A DNA stretch of 64,000 nt from Treponemataceae bacterium. GTDB taxonomy: Bacteria; Spirochaetota; Spirochaetia; Treponematales; Rectinemataceae. The stretch covers positions 1,344,001 through 1,408,000 of the forward strand of contig CAXXHO010000003.1 of the NCBI GenBank assembly GCA_963667725.2. The letters are read 5' to 3'. How positions within the stretch are numbered: the stretch's first letter is position 1; every line of letters starts with the position of its first letter. The notes under the pieces are model-generated. The model had not been told where the DNA came from and searched no databases. It was given only the letters and a program-made list of their open reading frames with translations. Shown here piece after piece: positions 39,097 to 48,913 of this stretch. The translations under genes and the position numbers were made by a program.

Positions 39097-41904
39097 CTAA
39101 CACTCTTTTGGCCGTTTTGCTATTAACTCCATGGCCGCTTCTTTACCAAGCGGTTTACCGATTAGATACCCTTGAACTTTATCGCAACCTTTATCCATTA
39201 AATACTGCAGCTGCGCTTCATTCTCCACGCCCTCAGCGATGACACAATGCCCTAATCGGTGCCCCATAGAGATAATATCCCCTATGATCGCATTTCCGGA
39301 ATTAATCTCTGACAATTGATCGATGAAGTATTTATCAATCTTAATGCAATTAACATTCAATTCAAGAACTCTCGCAAGAGAAGAGTATTCCGTTCCAAAG
39401 TCATCCACAGCAATACTTATTCCCGATTTTTTCAGTTCCCCAAGGATGCTGTTAACCTCCCGGTAATTCGAAGCAAATACCGACTCAGTGATTTCGAGAG
39501 TAATATTATCCGGATTGATGTGCATTTCATTGATCATACGAAAAAAATTCTTTACAAAACCATCTCTTAACAATTGAATGATAGAAATATTTACGGATAT
39601 GGCGATTGAAGTATAGCCGTTCTCCTTGAGCCTGTTCAAAAAGTTGAATGCCTGGAGCAACACCTCATTCCCTAAGGGAATTATGAGCTTGGTTTTTTCG
39701 GCTATCGGTATAAACTCAAAAGGCGGTACACGACCATACGAATTACTATTAAGCCGCGCTAAAGCTTCAAAGGCGCATATCTTTTTTAATTTGAGATCAA
39801 ATATGGGCTGATACTCTAAAAACAGTCTTTCGACATTTTCGCCCGCTGCGATTTGTGTAAGCTCACGGTTGATATCTTCTTCACGGAGAATTTGTCCGTG
39901 AATACCTTCGTTGAAAAATGAGATTCCGATATCCATCTTGGCATTGTTCACTTCTTTTTCGGAAGCAACGAGAAGATTTTTCAATAATTGCCCAATATCA
40001 AGACTATTGGATTCCTCAATTTCCAGAACTCCGATACCACCGCCTATTCTATCAACAGCTAGAATAGAGTCCAGAGATTTTACGAGCGCTTCACAAAACG
40101 CCTGTAACTCTTCTTTATCTTTATATGCTTTTACATAGAAGACAAAGCGATTTTCATAGGTATAGAAAAGTAGATGTGTTAGGCTGCAATGAACTCTTAA
40201 TACATCGGCTGCCTTTTTTATCAATTCCTGAGTATACTGAAAACCGTACCTGAGGCTTAGAAAGTTGATGGAGCTCAAGTTTATTCCAACAAGTGCCGTC
40301 TTCCCAAAAGTTTTCGATTTCTGATCATTCTCAAAAGTATCGCAGAGGTGTTTGCGATTGTATAAACCTGTCCAAGCATCATGCTCGCTGTTATATTTCA
40401 GCTGATCTTCCATCTTCTTTCTGTCCGATATATCAAAAATCACGCCCTCAATCCCTTCTATATTCCCTTGGTTGTCATAAATGCCCTGCGCCAATTCTAA
40501 AATCCATTTGTGTTTACCTTCAGAAGTGACAATTTCATATTCATATCTAAAAGTCCTTTTTTGAGTGAGAACTTCCTTCCACTTTTCCCAAATCGCATCG
40601 CGATACTCAGGTGTTATGATATCGTTGAATGAAATGTCCCTATTATTTATCAAGCTCTCCGCGGTATAGCCGGTCAATTTATAGCAGCCTGCCGAAACAT
40701 ATTGCATTGTCCATTTTCGATCGTATTTGCATCGATAGGCCATACCCGGCAAGTTAGCGAGCAGAACCGCCTTGCTGCGTTCGCTTTCTTTCAAGGTTTC
40801 GCTTATCTCTTTACGTGCGGATATATCCTCAAGCAAACAGAGGTGCAAAGAGTGTTTGTGGGGAATATCCAAGAGAGGCGAAATCTTCATGTTTGTCCAT
40901 ACGCTGGATCCATCCGTTCTTAAAAAACGTTTTTCCAGTGTATAATCGTTGATTTCTCCCCTTTTAAACTGCATGAACTTTTCAAGATCAGCATGCAAAT
41001 CATCGGGATGCGTTATATCTGCCCAGTTTAAATTATCCAGGTCGCGGCTTGTCCTTCCGAGAATCCGCTCGAACATCGGGTTGATGTTCATATGTCCAAA
41101 TTCCGTTTGCGAAATAAAGCTCTTGTCATTTACGAGAGCAATTCCGATAGGAGCTTGTTCGAACATGCTCCGGTAGAGGGCTTCATCCAAAGTTAATTTT
41201 TTACTCAACTCTTTTAATACGGAATGTTGAATCCATGTATTCAATAAAGCGACAAAGAGAAAAAGAAAACTGAGTGCTATGATTACGTCGGGTATCATTC
41301 GTTTCCATAGACCCAAATTCCAATCTGCCGCGGAATAGTCAATTCCGAAAACTGCAATTACTTTCTCGATTGCCGGATCTTGAATCGGTACAAGTACGCT
41401 AATCCAAGTACCCCACCTGTCTGTTACCGGCTTTGTCAGCACGGTCTTGCCTGATTGGAAAGCCCCCCGGTACGCATCTCCCACTTCTGAATAGACCAGT
41501 CCTGGAGGTGCGTAATCTGGATCTTCAGGCATCTCCGAATCCAGTAGGAATATGATACTAGCGTCCCTTTCAGCCATGAGGTAGGCAAAATGGATCGGAT
41601 TAATTTCCTTGACCAGCCGCATGAGACTGAGCTTCGTCATATTATATTCTGGTTTTTCTAGATCTGCGGCAGTACCTGATAATTCTAGAATATGCTCAGG
41701 ATGTAAAAGTGATACCAAAGAACGAGCCAGCATAGTAGCTTCTGACGATACAATGTCATTATACCTAATCCACGCAAATCGCAAATAAAGACCACTTAAA
41801 GATAAGACCGTAAATATGTAAATTATCGCGAATATGCGGGGGCTCGCTCTTCCTGATCCAGCAGGAGATGAACTGCTTTTTATTAAATTTCTGGAGATTT
41901 TCAT
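39097..41904 (-). CDS. membrane sensor (Cache-like)-PAS-PAS-degenerate GGDEF-EAL c-di-GMP phosphodiesterase
   Basis: Two TMs flanking an extracytoplasmic domain; PAS/PAC motifs (ITHPDD); HDAWTGLYNR but no GGDEF; YQP, FEALARL, LEITES, DDFGT, KID, AEGVE, QGY. Confidence 0.9.
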   Translation of the reverse strand: MKISRNLIKSSSSPAGSGRASPRIFAIIYIFTVLSLSGLYLRFAWIRYNDIVSSEATMLARSLVSLLHPEHILELSGTAADLEKPEYNMTKLSLMRLVKEINPIHFAYLMAERDASIIFLLDSEMPEDPDYAPPGLVYSEVGDAYRGAFQSGKTVLTKPVTDRWGTWISVLVPIQDPAIEKVIAVFGIDYSAADWNLGLWKRMIPDVIIALSFLFLFVALLNTWIQHSVLKELSKKLTLDEALYRSMFEQAPIGIALVNDKSFISQTEFGHMNINPMFERILGRTSRDLDNLNWADITHPDDLHADLEKFMQFKRGEINDYTLEKRFLRTDGSSVWTNMKISPLLDIPHKHSLHLCLLEDISARKEISETLKESERSKAVLLANLPGMAYRCKYDRKWTMQYVSAGCYKLTGYTAESLINNRDISFNDIITPEYRDAIWEKWKEVLTQKRTFRYEYEIVTSEGKHKWILELAQGIYDNQGNIEGIEGVIFDISDRKKMEDQLKYNSEHDAWTGLYNRKHLCDTFENDQKSKTFGKTALVGINLSSINFLSLRYGFQYTQELIKKAADVLRVHCSLTHLLFYTYENRFVFYVKAYKDKEELQAFCEALVKSLDSILAVDRIGGGIGVLEIEESNSLDIGQLLKNLLVASEKEVNNAKMDIGISFFNEGIHGQILREEDINRELTQIAAGENVERLFLEYQPIFDLKLKKICAFEALARLNSNSYGRVPPFEFIPIAEKTKLIIPLGNEVLLQAFNFLNRLKENGYTSIAISVNISIIQLLRDGFVKNFFRMINEMHINPDNITLEITESVFASNYREVNSILGELKKSGISIAVDDFGTEYSSLARVLELNVNCIKIDKYFIDQLSEINSGNAIIGDIISMGHRLGHCVIAEGVENEAQLQYLMDKGCDKVQGYLIGKPLGKEAAMELIAKRPKEC

Positions 41905-42021
41905 GACAGCTCCCGTCAATATTAGCCGCTATATAGGTAATACAGTACATATCGGTAGTCGTCAATGAAGGAAAGGGTTGAGAGCAGGCGGAGAATCTGA
42001 AACCGGACGTGGAATGAAGGT

Positions 42022-42095
42022 TGGCCCAGGCCCGATTCGAACGGGCGACCTGCTGCTTAGGAGGCAGCCGCTCTATCCATCTGAGCTACTGGGTC
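42022..42095 (-). tRNA. tRNA-Arg(CCT)
   Basis: GACCCAG-TAGCTCAGATGGATAGAGC-G-GCTGC-CTCCTAA-GCAGC-AGGTC-GCCCG-TTCGAAT-CGGGC-CTGGGCC-A; CCA not encoded. Confidence 0.95.
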
Positions 42096-42233
42096 GTTGC
42101 GAGCGCGGATGATACCGGGGATGGGTCCGGCGGCGCGTCATCCGAAAGGACATTATAATAAAGTCCCAATCGTGTCAACGCCGAAGCGGGAATGTTGACC
42201 ATTCGATCTTCCTCCGGTTATGCTGATACCGCA

Positions 42234-43463
42234 ATGAAATTATGGTTCAAATACGCGGCGGGAATTCTCTTCGGCGCGGCGCTTTTCGCCGTCAGCCCCA
42301 AAGCTCTCCTCGATGACGGCGGCATCCTGTCTTTCGCCTCCGAAGTATCGATCAGGATCGGTTATTATGTGTTGGGCGCCTTGCTCTGCGTCAATTTCCC
42401 TCTCTCCGTACTGAAATTGTATGAAGAGAAGAAATTCTGGAATATTGGGATGAAAAGCCTGCGTTTTTTCATTCTTTCTCTTTTCGCGGCAACCGCGCTT
42501 GGCATTATTGCCGCCCTCATCGTCTTGCCCGTCCACATTCCCCTGCTTTCAGACATCTCCTCGCAATCGGTTCAAAACCTGGGAAGCGGCCTGCTGGAGG
42601 TGTTCCCGCGGAATATGGGCGCCCTCTTCCTCAGTCCGAGCGGAACTATCCTTCCCGTCCTCATTTTTGCCTTCATCATCGGGTTGGCTATGGCCCACGA
42701 TCCGATGGCGGCCCGACCTGTCGCCAACCTTCTCGATTCGTTTTCAAGGATACTCTATACAATCAATTCGTTCATAACGGAAATCCTCGGCGTTCTGCTC
42801 ATACCGGTATCGGCGCGAACGTTCCACCTCGTCACGACCTCGATCGACGGGGGAATCTATGGTTCCTTCCTGCTAATTCTGGCTGTCGCTTCCCTGGCCG
42901 TCCTCGCGCTTTTCATCCCCCTGGCCGTCTTTCTGCTGGGCGACAGGAAAAATCCTTTCCCCCTTCTCTACTCGGGGCTTCCAACGATCTTTACGGCCCT
43001 GGCCTCGGGCAATCTTCGCTTTTCCGGGGGATCGATGATACGCCAGGCCAGCGAAAACCTGGGGACAAAGCGCCGCTACAACGGCGCCATCATGCCGGCG
43101 GGGTTTTTCTTCGGGAGGGCGGGAACGGCCTTTATTGCCGCGATTTCCTTCGTCATCATACTTTCTTCCTATTCGCGGCTGGCGATTTCCATACCTAGCC
43201 TGATAGCTATTCTGTTCCTTATTCCGGTGACGACTATAATCGCGAGTTCGTCGATGCAGAGCGGCCCGATCGCCGTGCTCACCCTCAGCTGCGGCTTTTT
43301 CGGTAGAGGTTTCGAGAACGGCTATCTCGTCATGGTGCCTATCGCGCTACTTTTATCAACAATCGCTGTTCTTATCGATGTTCTATGGATCGGCGCGTCG
43401 CAGGCACTCGTCGCGCGTCATTTCATCCTGCGCGATCAGAAGGATGCCAGGCATTTTATCTGA
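42234..43463 (+). CDS. dicarboxylate/amino acid:cation symporter family protein (divergent)
   Basis: Multi-TM; VFP.N, LPVLIFA..IG, GRAGTAF; the canonical SSS/NMDG motifs are altered. Confidence 0.7.
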   Translation: MKLWFKYAAGILFGAALFAVSPKALLDDGGILSFASEVSIRIGYYVLGALLCVNFPLSVLKLYEEKKFWNIGMKSLRFFILSLFAATALGIIAALIVLPVHIPLLSDISSQSVQNLGSGLLEVFPRNMGALFLSPSGTILPVLIFAFIIGLAMAHDPMAARPVANLLDSFSRILYTINSFITEILGVLLIPVSARTFHLVTTSIDGGIYGSFLLILAVASLAVLALFIPLAVFLLGDRKNPFPLLYSGLPTIFTALASGNLRFSGGSMIRQASENLGTKRRYNGAIMPAGFFFGRAGTAFIAAISFVIILSSYSRLAISIPSLIAILFLIPVTTIIASSSMQSGPIAVLTLSCGFFGRGFENGYLVMVPIALLLSTIAVLIDVLWIGASQALVARHFILRDQKDARHFI

Positions 43464-43545
43464 TTTACATGATTTATCCGTTTCAGGCACCATTGAAGCC
43501 GCCGAGGCTTGACGATACCGAATCCCCGATTTACTATTCAAAGCT

Positions 43546-43992
43546 ATGGACTTAATGACTGTACTCAGCTCCGAGCTGATCGCGCTTCATCTCACGGGCA
43601 CAACGAAAGATGAAATCATCGACGAACTCATCGATATCGCCATGAAAAGCGGCAAAGTCAAGGACAGGGAGCAGGCAAAAGCCTCGGTTCTCGAACGTGA
43701 GACGCGGATGAGTACCGGCATGAAGCATGGTATCGCCATTCCTCACGGCAAGACTTCTGCCGTTTCTGAGCTCGTCGCCTGCGTGGGCGTTTCCGACAAA
43801 GAAGTGGATTTCGACGCCCTGGACAGAAAGGGCTGCAAAATCTTCATTATGACGCTTTCGCCGCCGGAAAAGACGGGACCTCATCTTCAGTTTCTGGCCG
43901 AAGTGAGCATGCTTTTCAGAAGCGAGGAAAAACGCCAGGCCATTCTCAAGGCCTCTACCGCTCAGGAAGTGTTGCGGATTCTCACTCCCTGA
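43546..43992 (+). CDS. PTS EIIA domain protein (Ntr/Fru type)
   Basis: ERE.RMSTG...GIAIPHG, DFDALD, HLQFLA. Confidence 0.92.
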   Translation: MDLMTVLSSELIALHLTGTTKDEIIDELIDIAMKSGKVKDREQAKASVLERETRMSTGMKHGIAIPHGKTSAVSELVACVGVSDKEVDFDALDRKGCKIFIMTLSPPEKTGPHLQFLAEVSMLFRSEEKRQAILKASTAQEVLRILTP

Positions 43993-44006
43993 TCGGCTCG
44001 TCGCGT

Positions 44007-44036
44007 AAAAAAAGGCTGCCTTTTGGCAGCCTTTTT
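44007..44036. terminator. bidirectional terminator
   Basis: AAAAAAAGGCTGCC-tttt-GGCAGCCTTTTT between convergent genes. Confidence 0.88.
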
Positions 44037-44066
44037 CATTTGTTGCGGTATCCCGTACGCTGATTC

Positions 44067-44333
44067 TTATTCCAGCACGGCGAGGACATCGGACATCTTG
44101 ACGATGAGGTGCTCGGAGCCCTGGATCTTGATCTGAGTTCCCGCGTACTTATCGTACATGACTTCATCGCCTGCCTTGACCTTGATCACATCCGTATCGG
44201 TGCCAACAGCAACGACGACGCCCGTCTGTGTCTTTTCCTGGGCTGTCTGCGGAATGATGATTCCGCCCGCTGTCTTGGTCTCGCTTTCCTTGATCTTGAT
44301 GAGAATGCGATCACCCAAGGGTTTGACGTTCAT
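44067..44333 (-). CDS. groES: co-chaperonin GroES (monocistronic)
   Basis: KPLGDR, TAGGIIIP.TAQEK, VAVG, KYAGT. Confidence 0.97.
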   Translation of the reverse strand: MNVKPLGDRILIKIKESETKTAGGIIIPQTAQEKTQTGVVVAVGTDTDVIKVKAGDEVMYDKYAGTQIKIQGSEHLIVKMSDVLAVLE

Positions 44334-44488
44334 AAAGTATCCTCCTGAACTTTCGTTTGAATTGAGATTGCTTCTATAGAAATATAAAAAATCTGAGGCT
44401 GAGGGTCAATAGAACGCGGCGCATGGAAAGCGGCGAATGGTCTTCCTTATCGGTCATCTTTTCATTAAATTTCAAATTGGAGCGATAA

Positions 44489-46456
44489 ATGCCTAAAAAG
44501 AACGCTAACTGGAATCGCAAACCCGGGCTTCGCCCTACTCAGGGCAATAAGGTCCCATCGAAGGGCACAGGCCCATTCGGCGGCTTTCAGCTGAAGTTTT
44601 CCTTCAGCTATATCATCGTCACCCTCATCCTCGTGAGCCTTTTCAATTATCTCCTCTTCAGGACCGATAATACGCTCGTCCCCTATTCCACGTTCAAGGA
44701 CAAGGTCGAAAATGGCGAGATAAAGCGCGTTGAGATCGATTTGAATTATTTTACGGGATATACGGACGCGAACACGCAGGAACCTTCCTCGCCCTTCCCC
44801 GCTTCCACCAAGACTGGCGTTGTCTATAAGGCCGTTCCCGTCGACGATCCTCAGTTTACCGCTCTTCTCGACGAGAAGAATATTGTCTATTCCGCTTCTC
44901 CGAGAGAAGGCAGCACCATCCTTTCTCTCATACTCAACTGGATTCTGCCCTTTGGCCTCATGTTCTTCGTCTGGCGCCTCGTGATGAAGCGCGCACAGGG
45001 AGGCGGCAATTCCAATGTCCTCGCCTTCGGACAGAACAAGGCCACCATCGTGGCTGAGGGCGATATTAAGACTCGCTTCGTCGATGTGGCGGGCGTGGAT
45101 GAAGCCAAGGCCGAGCTGGTGGAGGTCGTCGACTTTCTGAAGAATCCGACGAAGTACACCGATATCGGCGGCAAGATTCCCAAGGGCGTCCTCCTCGTGG
45201 GCCCCCCAGGCACGGGCAAGACCCTGCTGGCCCGTGCCGTGGCCGGCGAGGCCGAGGTGCCCTTCTTCCGCATGAGCGGCGCGGACTTCGTGGAAATGTT
45301 CGTGGGCGTGGGCGCGGCGCGGGTACGCGATCTGTTCCGCCAGGCGAGGGAAAAGGCTCCCTGCATCGTTTTCATAGATGAACTGGACGCCCTCGGCAAG
45401 AGCAGATCGAGCGGTATGATGGGCGGGAACGACGAAAGGGAGCAGACGCTGAACCAGCTTCTCGTTGAGATGGATGGATTCGACGCCACTTCGGGCCTCA
45501 TCATCCTCGCGGCCACGAACCGCCCGGACGTCCTCGACCCCGCGCTTCTGCGTCCCGGAAGGTTCGACAGGCAGGTTCTCGTGGACAGGCCTGACATGCC
45601 CGGCCGCGAAGCCATCCTCAGGATTCACGCGAAAAACATTAAAATGGAAGAATCCGTCGATTTGGCCCGCATAGCGCGCAGCACTCCGGGTTTCGTCGGA
45701 GCCGATCTCGCCAATATCGTAAACGAGGCGGCTCTCCTCGCCGTGCGGGCCGGGAGGAAAAAAGTCCAGCAGGGCGATTTCGACGCGGCTATCGAGAAGG
45801 TGATAGCCGGCCTCGAAAAGAAGACCAAGGTCATCAATGTCAAGGAAAGAAAGGTGATTGCCTTCCATGAGACAGGCCATGCGGTGACGGCGGCCTTTAC
45901 CCTAGGCAGCGATCCGGTAAAGAAGGTGTCCATCGTCCCGAGGGGCTATGGCGCCTTGGGATATACGCTTCAGATGCCCATCGAGGATCGTTATGTCGTC
46001 AGCGAGGAGGAACTCCTGAGCCAGATCGACGTGCTTCTGGGCGGACGCGCCGCCGAGCAGATCGTATTCGGCTCCATCTCCACCGGCGCGGCCAACGACA
46101 TCACCAGGGCTACCGATATAGCCCGCAGGATGATAGTCGATTTCGGCATGTCGGAGCGGTTCAGGCATGTAGCCCTCACCAGGAAGGGCCAGGCTTTCGG
46201 TGGCGCTCAGGTTCCCGAGCCCTTCATGGCCAGGGAGTACAGCGAGGACACCCAGAAATACGTGGACGAGGAGATTGCGAGAATCATCGCGGCCCGCTAT
46301 GATGGCGTGGTCGCCCTTCTTGGCTCCAAGCGCGATCTGATCGAAAAGGTCGCGGGAATCCTTCTGGAAAAGGAAGTCATCGAAGAGGCGGAGTTCCTTG
46401 CCCTCACCTCCGAACAAGGTGAGAAAAGCTCTCCTGAAAACGTGGAGAGCATCTGA
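44489..46456 (+). CDS. ftsH: ATP-dependent zinc metalloprotease FtsH
   Basis: Two TMs, [36 protein letters not shown]. Confidence 0.97.
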   Translation: MPKKNANWNRKPGLRPTQGNKVPSKGTGPFGGFQLKFSFSYIIVTLILVSLFNYLLFRTDNTLVPYSTFKDKVENGEIKRVEIDLNYFTGYTDANTQEPSSPFPASTKTGVVYKAVPVDDPQFTALLDEKNIVYSASPREGSTILSLILNWILPFGLMFFVWRLVMKRAQGGGNSNVLAFGQNKATIVAEGDIKTRFVDVAGVDEAKAELVEVVDFLKNPTKYTDIGGKIPKGVLLVGPPGTGKTLLARAVAGEAEVPFFRMSGADFVEMFVGVGAARVRDLFRQAREKAPCIVFIDELDALGKSRSSGMMGGNDEREQTLNQLLVEMDGFDATSGLIILAATNRPDVLDPALLRPGRFDRQVLVDRPDMPGREAILRIHAKNIKMEESVDLARIARSTPGFVGADLANIVNEAALLAVRAGRKKVQQGDFDAAIEKVIAGLEKKTKVINVKERKVIAFHETGHAVTAAFTLGSDPVKKVSIVPRGYGALGYTLQMPIEDRYVVSEEELLSQIDVLLGGRAAEQIVFGSISTGAANDITRATDIARRMIVDFGMSERFRHVALTRKGQAFGGAQVPEPFMAREYSEDTQKYVDEEIARIIAARYDGVVALLGSKRDLIEKVAGILLEKEVIEEAEFLALTSEQGEKSSPENVESI

Positions 46457-46474
46457 CCATAACAGGATTTCCCG

Positions 46475-47818
46475 ATGCAGATTTTTCTCTTTGCCTACGC
46501 GGTAGTTCTACTAGCCGTCGCTTTTTTCTCGTCACGAAGACAGGATAGCTTCCAGAATTTCGTGCTGGCCGGAAGGAACCAGCCGAAGATACTGATCATC
46601 GGCTCCATGCTGGCCTCCACGATTGGCGGAGGGCTTACTTTGGGAACCGTGAGCAAGGCGTACAGCCTCGGATTTCCAGCTTTCTGGTTTGTCGCTTCCG
46701 GAGCCGCCGCCCACCTCATCCAGGGAGCCTTTCTTTCCGAGAAAGTAAGAAAAACCGAAGCCCTGACGCTGCCCGATCTCGCCGCCAAGCTTTCTTCCCC
46801 AGCGGTCAAACGCTTGACGGGCATCATCATAGTGTTGACGTGGACAGGCATAGCCGCCGGGCAATTCCTAGCGGCGAGCAAAGTCGTCACCTCCATCACA
46901 GGGCTTTCCCATCAGTGGGCCGTCATCACCTCGGCTTCATTCCTTGTGATCTACACCATCATGGGAGGGCAGCGATCGATTCTCCGCACCGATCTTTTTC
47001 AGTTCGGCATCCTGGCCATCGGCATTCTGGCCGCCTGCGGCTGGCTTTTCGGAACAAGACCCACATCCATCGCTTCCCTCGACATACAGCTTTTCACCGC
47101 CAAATTCGGAGTCCTGGACCTGCTGTATTATCTTGTCGTGGTCGCCGGATCCTACCTGATCTGCCCCATGATGTTCGGGCGAATTCTTTCTTCCGATTCC
47201 CCCGCGTCCGCCAGAAAGGCCTCCTACACAAGCGCCTTGGGAATGCTGATCTTCGCCGTCGCCATCACCTCGATAGGGCTTTGGGCCAGGGCCTCAGGCC
47301 TCGACTTCGGCGGCGCCGACCCGTTGAATGCCATGATAGGTTCGGTTTTTCCCTCCTGGCTGTCCTTTCTCATGGTATTCGGAATTCTGGCCGCCATTCT
47401 TTCGACGGCCGACACGGTTCTCCTCACCGCTGCGGGGATCTTCGAGCACGACGTGCTGGGCGGATCTTCGCTCAACCGAACGCAAGCATGGGTCGGCGTA
47501 ATCGCCTCCTTCGCCGCCATCACCGCGCTTTTCAAGACCGATATCGTCGATCTCCTTCTGGAAACCTATCAGGGCTATACATCGGGCATCGTCCCCGCCC
47601 TCTTCATTGTCCTCGTCGCCAGCGGGAAGAAGCAAGTGCGGAGCGGCTTTCTCTTTGTCGCCATCGCCTGCGGGTATGGGCTGGGTCTGGGCGGAAACCT
47701 GTTCGCCGGAGGCATCGCGCAAAAACTGATGGCCTTTGCCGGCATCATAGTGTCGAGCCTCATCACTGTGGCGGGACTGAGGCCCATTTCCCCGGCTGCC
47801 GAGATCGATCGTCGCTGA
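46475..47818 (+). CDS. sodium:solute symporter family protein
   Basis: F.LAGR, AS.IGGG, YT..GG, AAILSTAD; about 13 TMs. Confidence 0.88.
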   Translation: MQIFLFAYAVVLLAVAFFSSRRQDSFQNFVLAGRNQPKILIIGSMLASTIGGGLTLGTVSKAYSLGFPAFWFVASGAAAHLIQGAFLSEKVRKTEALTLPDLAAKLSSPAVKRLTGIIIVLTWTGIAAGQFLAASKVVTSITGLSHQWAVITSASFLVIYTIMGGQRSILRTDLFQFGILAIGILAACGWLFGTRPTSIASLDIQLFTAKFGVLDLLYYLVVVAGSYLICPMMFGRILSSDSPASARKASYTSALGMLIFAVAITSIGLWARASGLDFGGADPLNAMIGSVFPSWLSFLMVFGILAAILSTADTVLLTAAGIFEHDVLGGSSLNRTQAWVGVIASFAAITALFKTDIVDLLLETYQGYTSGIVPALFIVLVASGKKQVRSGFLFVAIACGYGLGLGGNLFAGGIAQKLMAFAGIIVSSLITVAGLRPISPAAEIDRR

Positions 47819-47924
47819 TCCTTCAATTTGACACTATTCGTCTTATTGACATGATAGCTCCATCCATGGTCAAATCTCCCGCATGACAGTTTTTCATTTT
47901 TTGTCATTTATCAGGAGGTAAACG

Positions 47925-48902
47925 ATGTCCGTTGTCATACGTTCCATCGCGTCATATATTCCGCAGACAAGGGTGTCCAATGAAGAGCTGGCGGCCAAGC
48001 TCGAAACCACCGATGAATGGATCCGTTCCCATACGGGCATCGGCGCGCGCCATTTGGCCTCCGAAAACGTGCTGACGAGCGACATGGCCGCTGAAGCCGC
48101 GAAATCGGCCATGGAGAAGGCCAGGATCGGTCCCCACGACATCGACCTGATAGTCGTGGCTACCGCCACGCCTGACTACTTCGGCTTTCCGGCCACCGCC
48201 TGCATCGTCCAGGAAAAGATCGGCGCCTTTGGCTGCACCGCTTTCGACGTCGTCGCCGGCTGCACGGGTTTCATCTACGCGCTGGACATCGCTTCGGCCA
48301 TGCTTGAGGCGAGAAACGGACGGCATGCCCTCGTCATAGGCTCCGAACAGCTCTCGAGGATTGTCGACTGGAGCGATCGTTCGACGGCCGTTCTCTTCGG
48401 CGACGGCGCCGGCGCCGCCGTGATATCGCGCATCGACGAGCCTGGCCGCGGCTGCCTTTCCTTCCTGCTGGGAGCCGATGGTTCCGGAGCGAAAGACCTT
48501 TTCCTTACCCAGTCGCCCAGGACCGACGCCTACGCCAGGTCGGCCCCGACCGTTCCCGTGATTTCGATGAACGGCAAGAATGTATACAACTTCGCCGTCA
48601 AATCCATCACCGTCCTCATAGAACGTATCATGCACGCCACCGTATACAAGCTTGAGGACTTTTCCTGGATCATCCCGCACCAGGCGAACGAACGCATCGT
48701 GCAGGCCGCCGGCAAGCGTTTCGGCATTCCGCCGGAAAAGTTCTATCTGAATATGGAAGAATATGCCAACACTTCATCGGCGAGCATCCCCCTTGCCCTG
48801 GCTGAGATGGACAGCAAAGGTCTTCTGAAAACGAACGATCTCATAATGCTTTTAGGTTTTGGCGCGGGGCTTACCTATGGCGCTGCCGTAATACGTTGGT
48901 AG
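47925..48902 (+). CDS. fabH: beta-ketoacyl-ACP synthase III
   Basis: AGCTGF, LFGDGAGA, PHQAN, NTSSAS, GFGAGL. Confidence 0.95.
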   Translation: MSVVIRSIASYIPQTRVSNEELAAKLETTDEWIRSHTGIGARHLASENVLTSDMAAEAAKSAMEKARIGPHDIDLIVVATATPDYFGFPATACIVQEKIGAFGCTAFDVVAGCTGFIYALDIASAMLEARNGRHALVIGSEQLSRIVDWSDRSTAVLFGDGAGAAVISRIDEPGRGCLSFLLGADGSGAKDLFLTQSPRTDAYARSAPTVPVISMNGKNVYNFAVKSITVLIERIMHATVYKLEDFSWIIPHQANERIVQAAGKRFGIPPEKFYLNMEEYANTSSASIPLALAEMDSKGLLKTNDLIMLLGFGAGLTYGAAVIRW

Positions 48903-48913
48903 GAGAAATACAG

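Larger units (their letters stand above)
29720..42021. mobile_element. AT-richer accessory region (genomic islet) adjoining the tRNA-Arg 3' end; no integrase visible
   Basis: Abrupt visible drop in GC and switch to A/T-ending codons; accessory cargo; internal deletion scar; boundaries approximate. Confidence 0.65.

Noticed and set aside
44067..44333. groES without groEL
   Set aside because: Separation of groES and groEL is known in Treponema and Borrelia; not novel
44465..45880. 471-aa antisense ORF over ftsH (likewise 16036-17457, 17680-18738, 49007-50242, 58463-59491, 60087-61466, 12474-13556)
   Set aside because: Antisense shadows of conserved genes, expected from codon bias in GC-rich DNA; no family motifs
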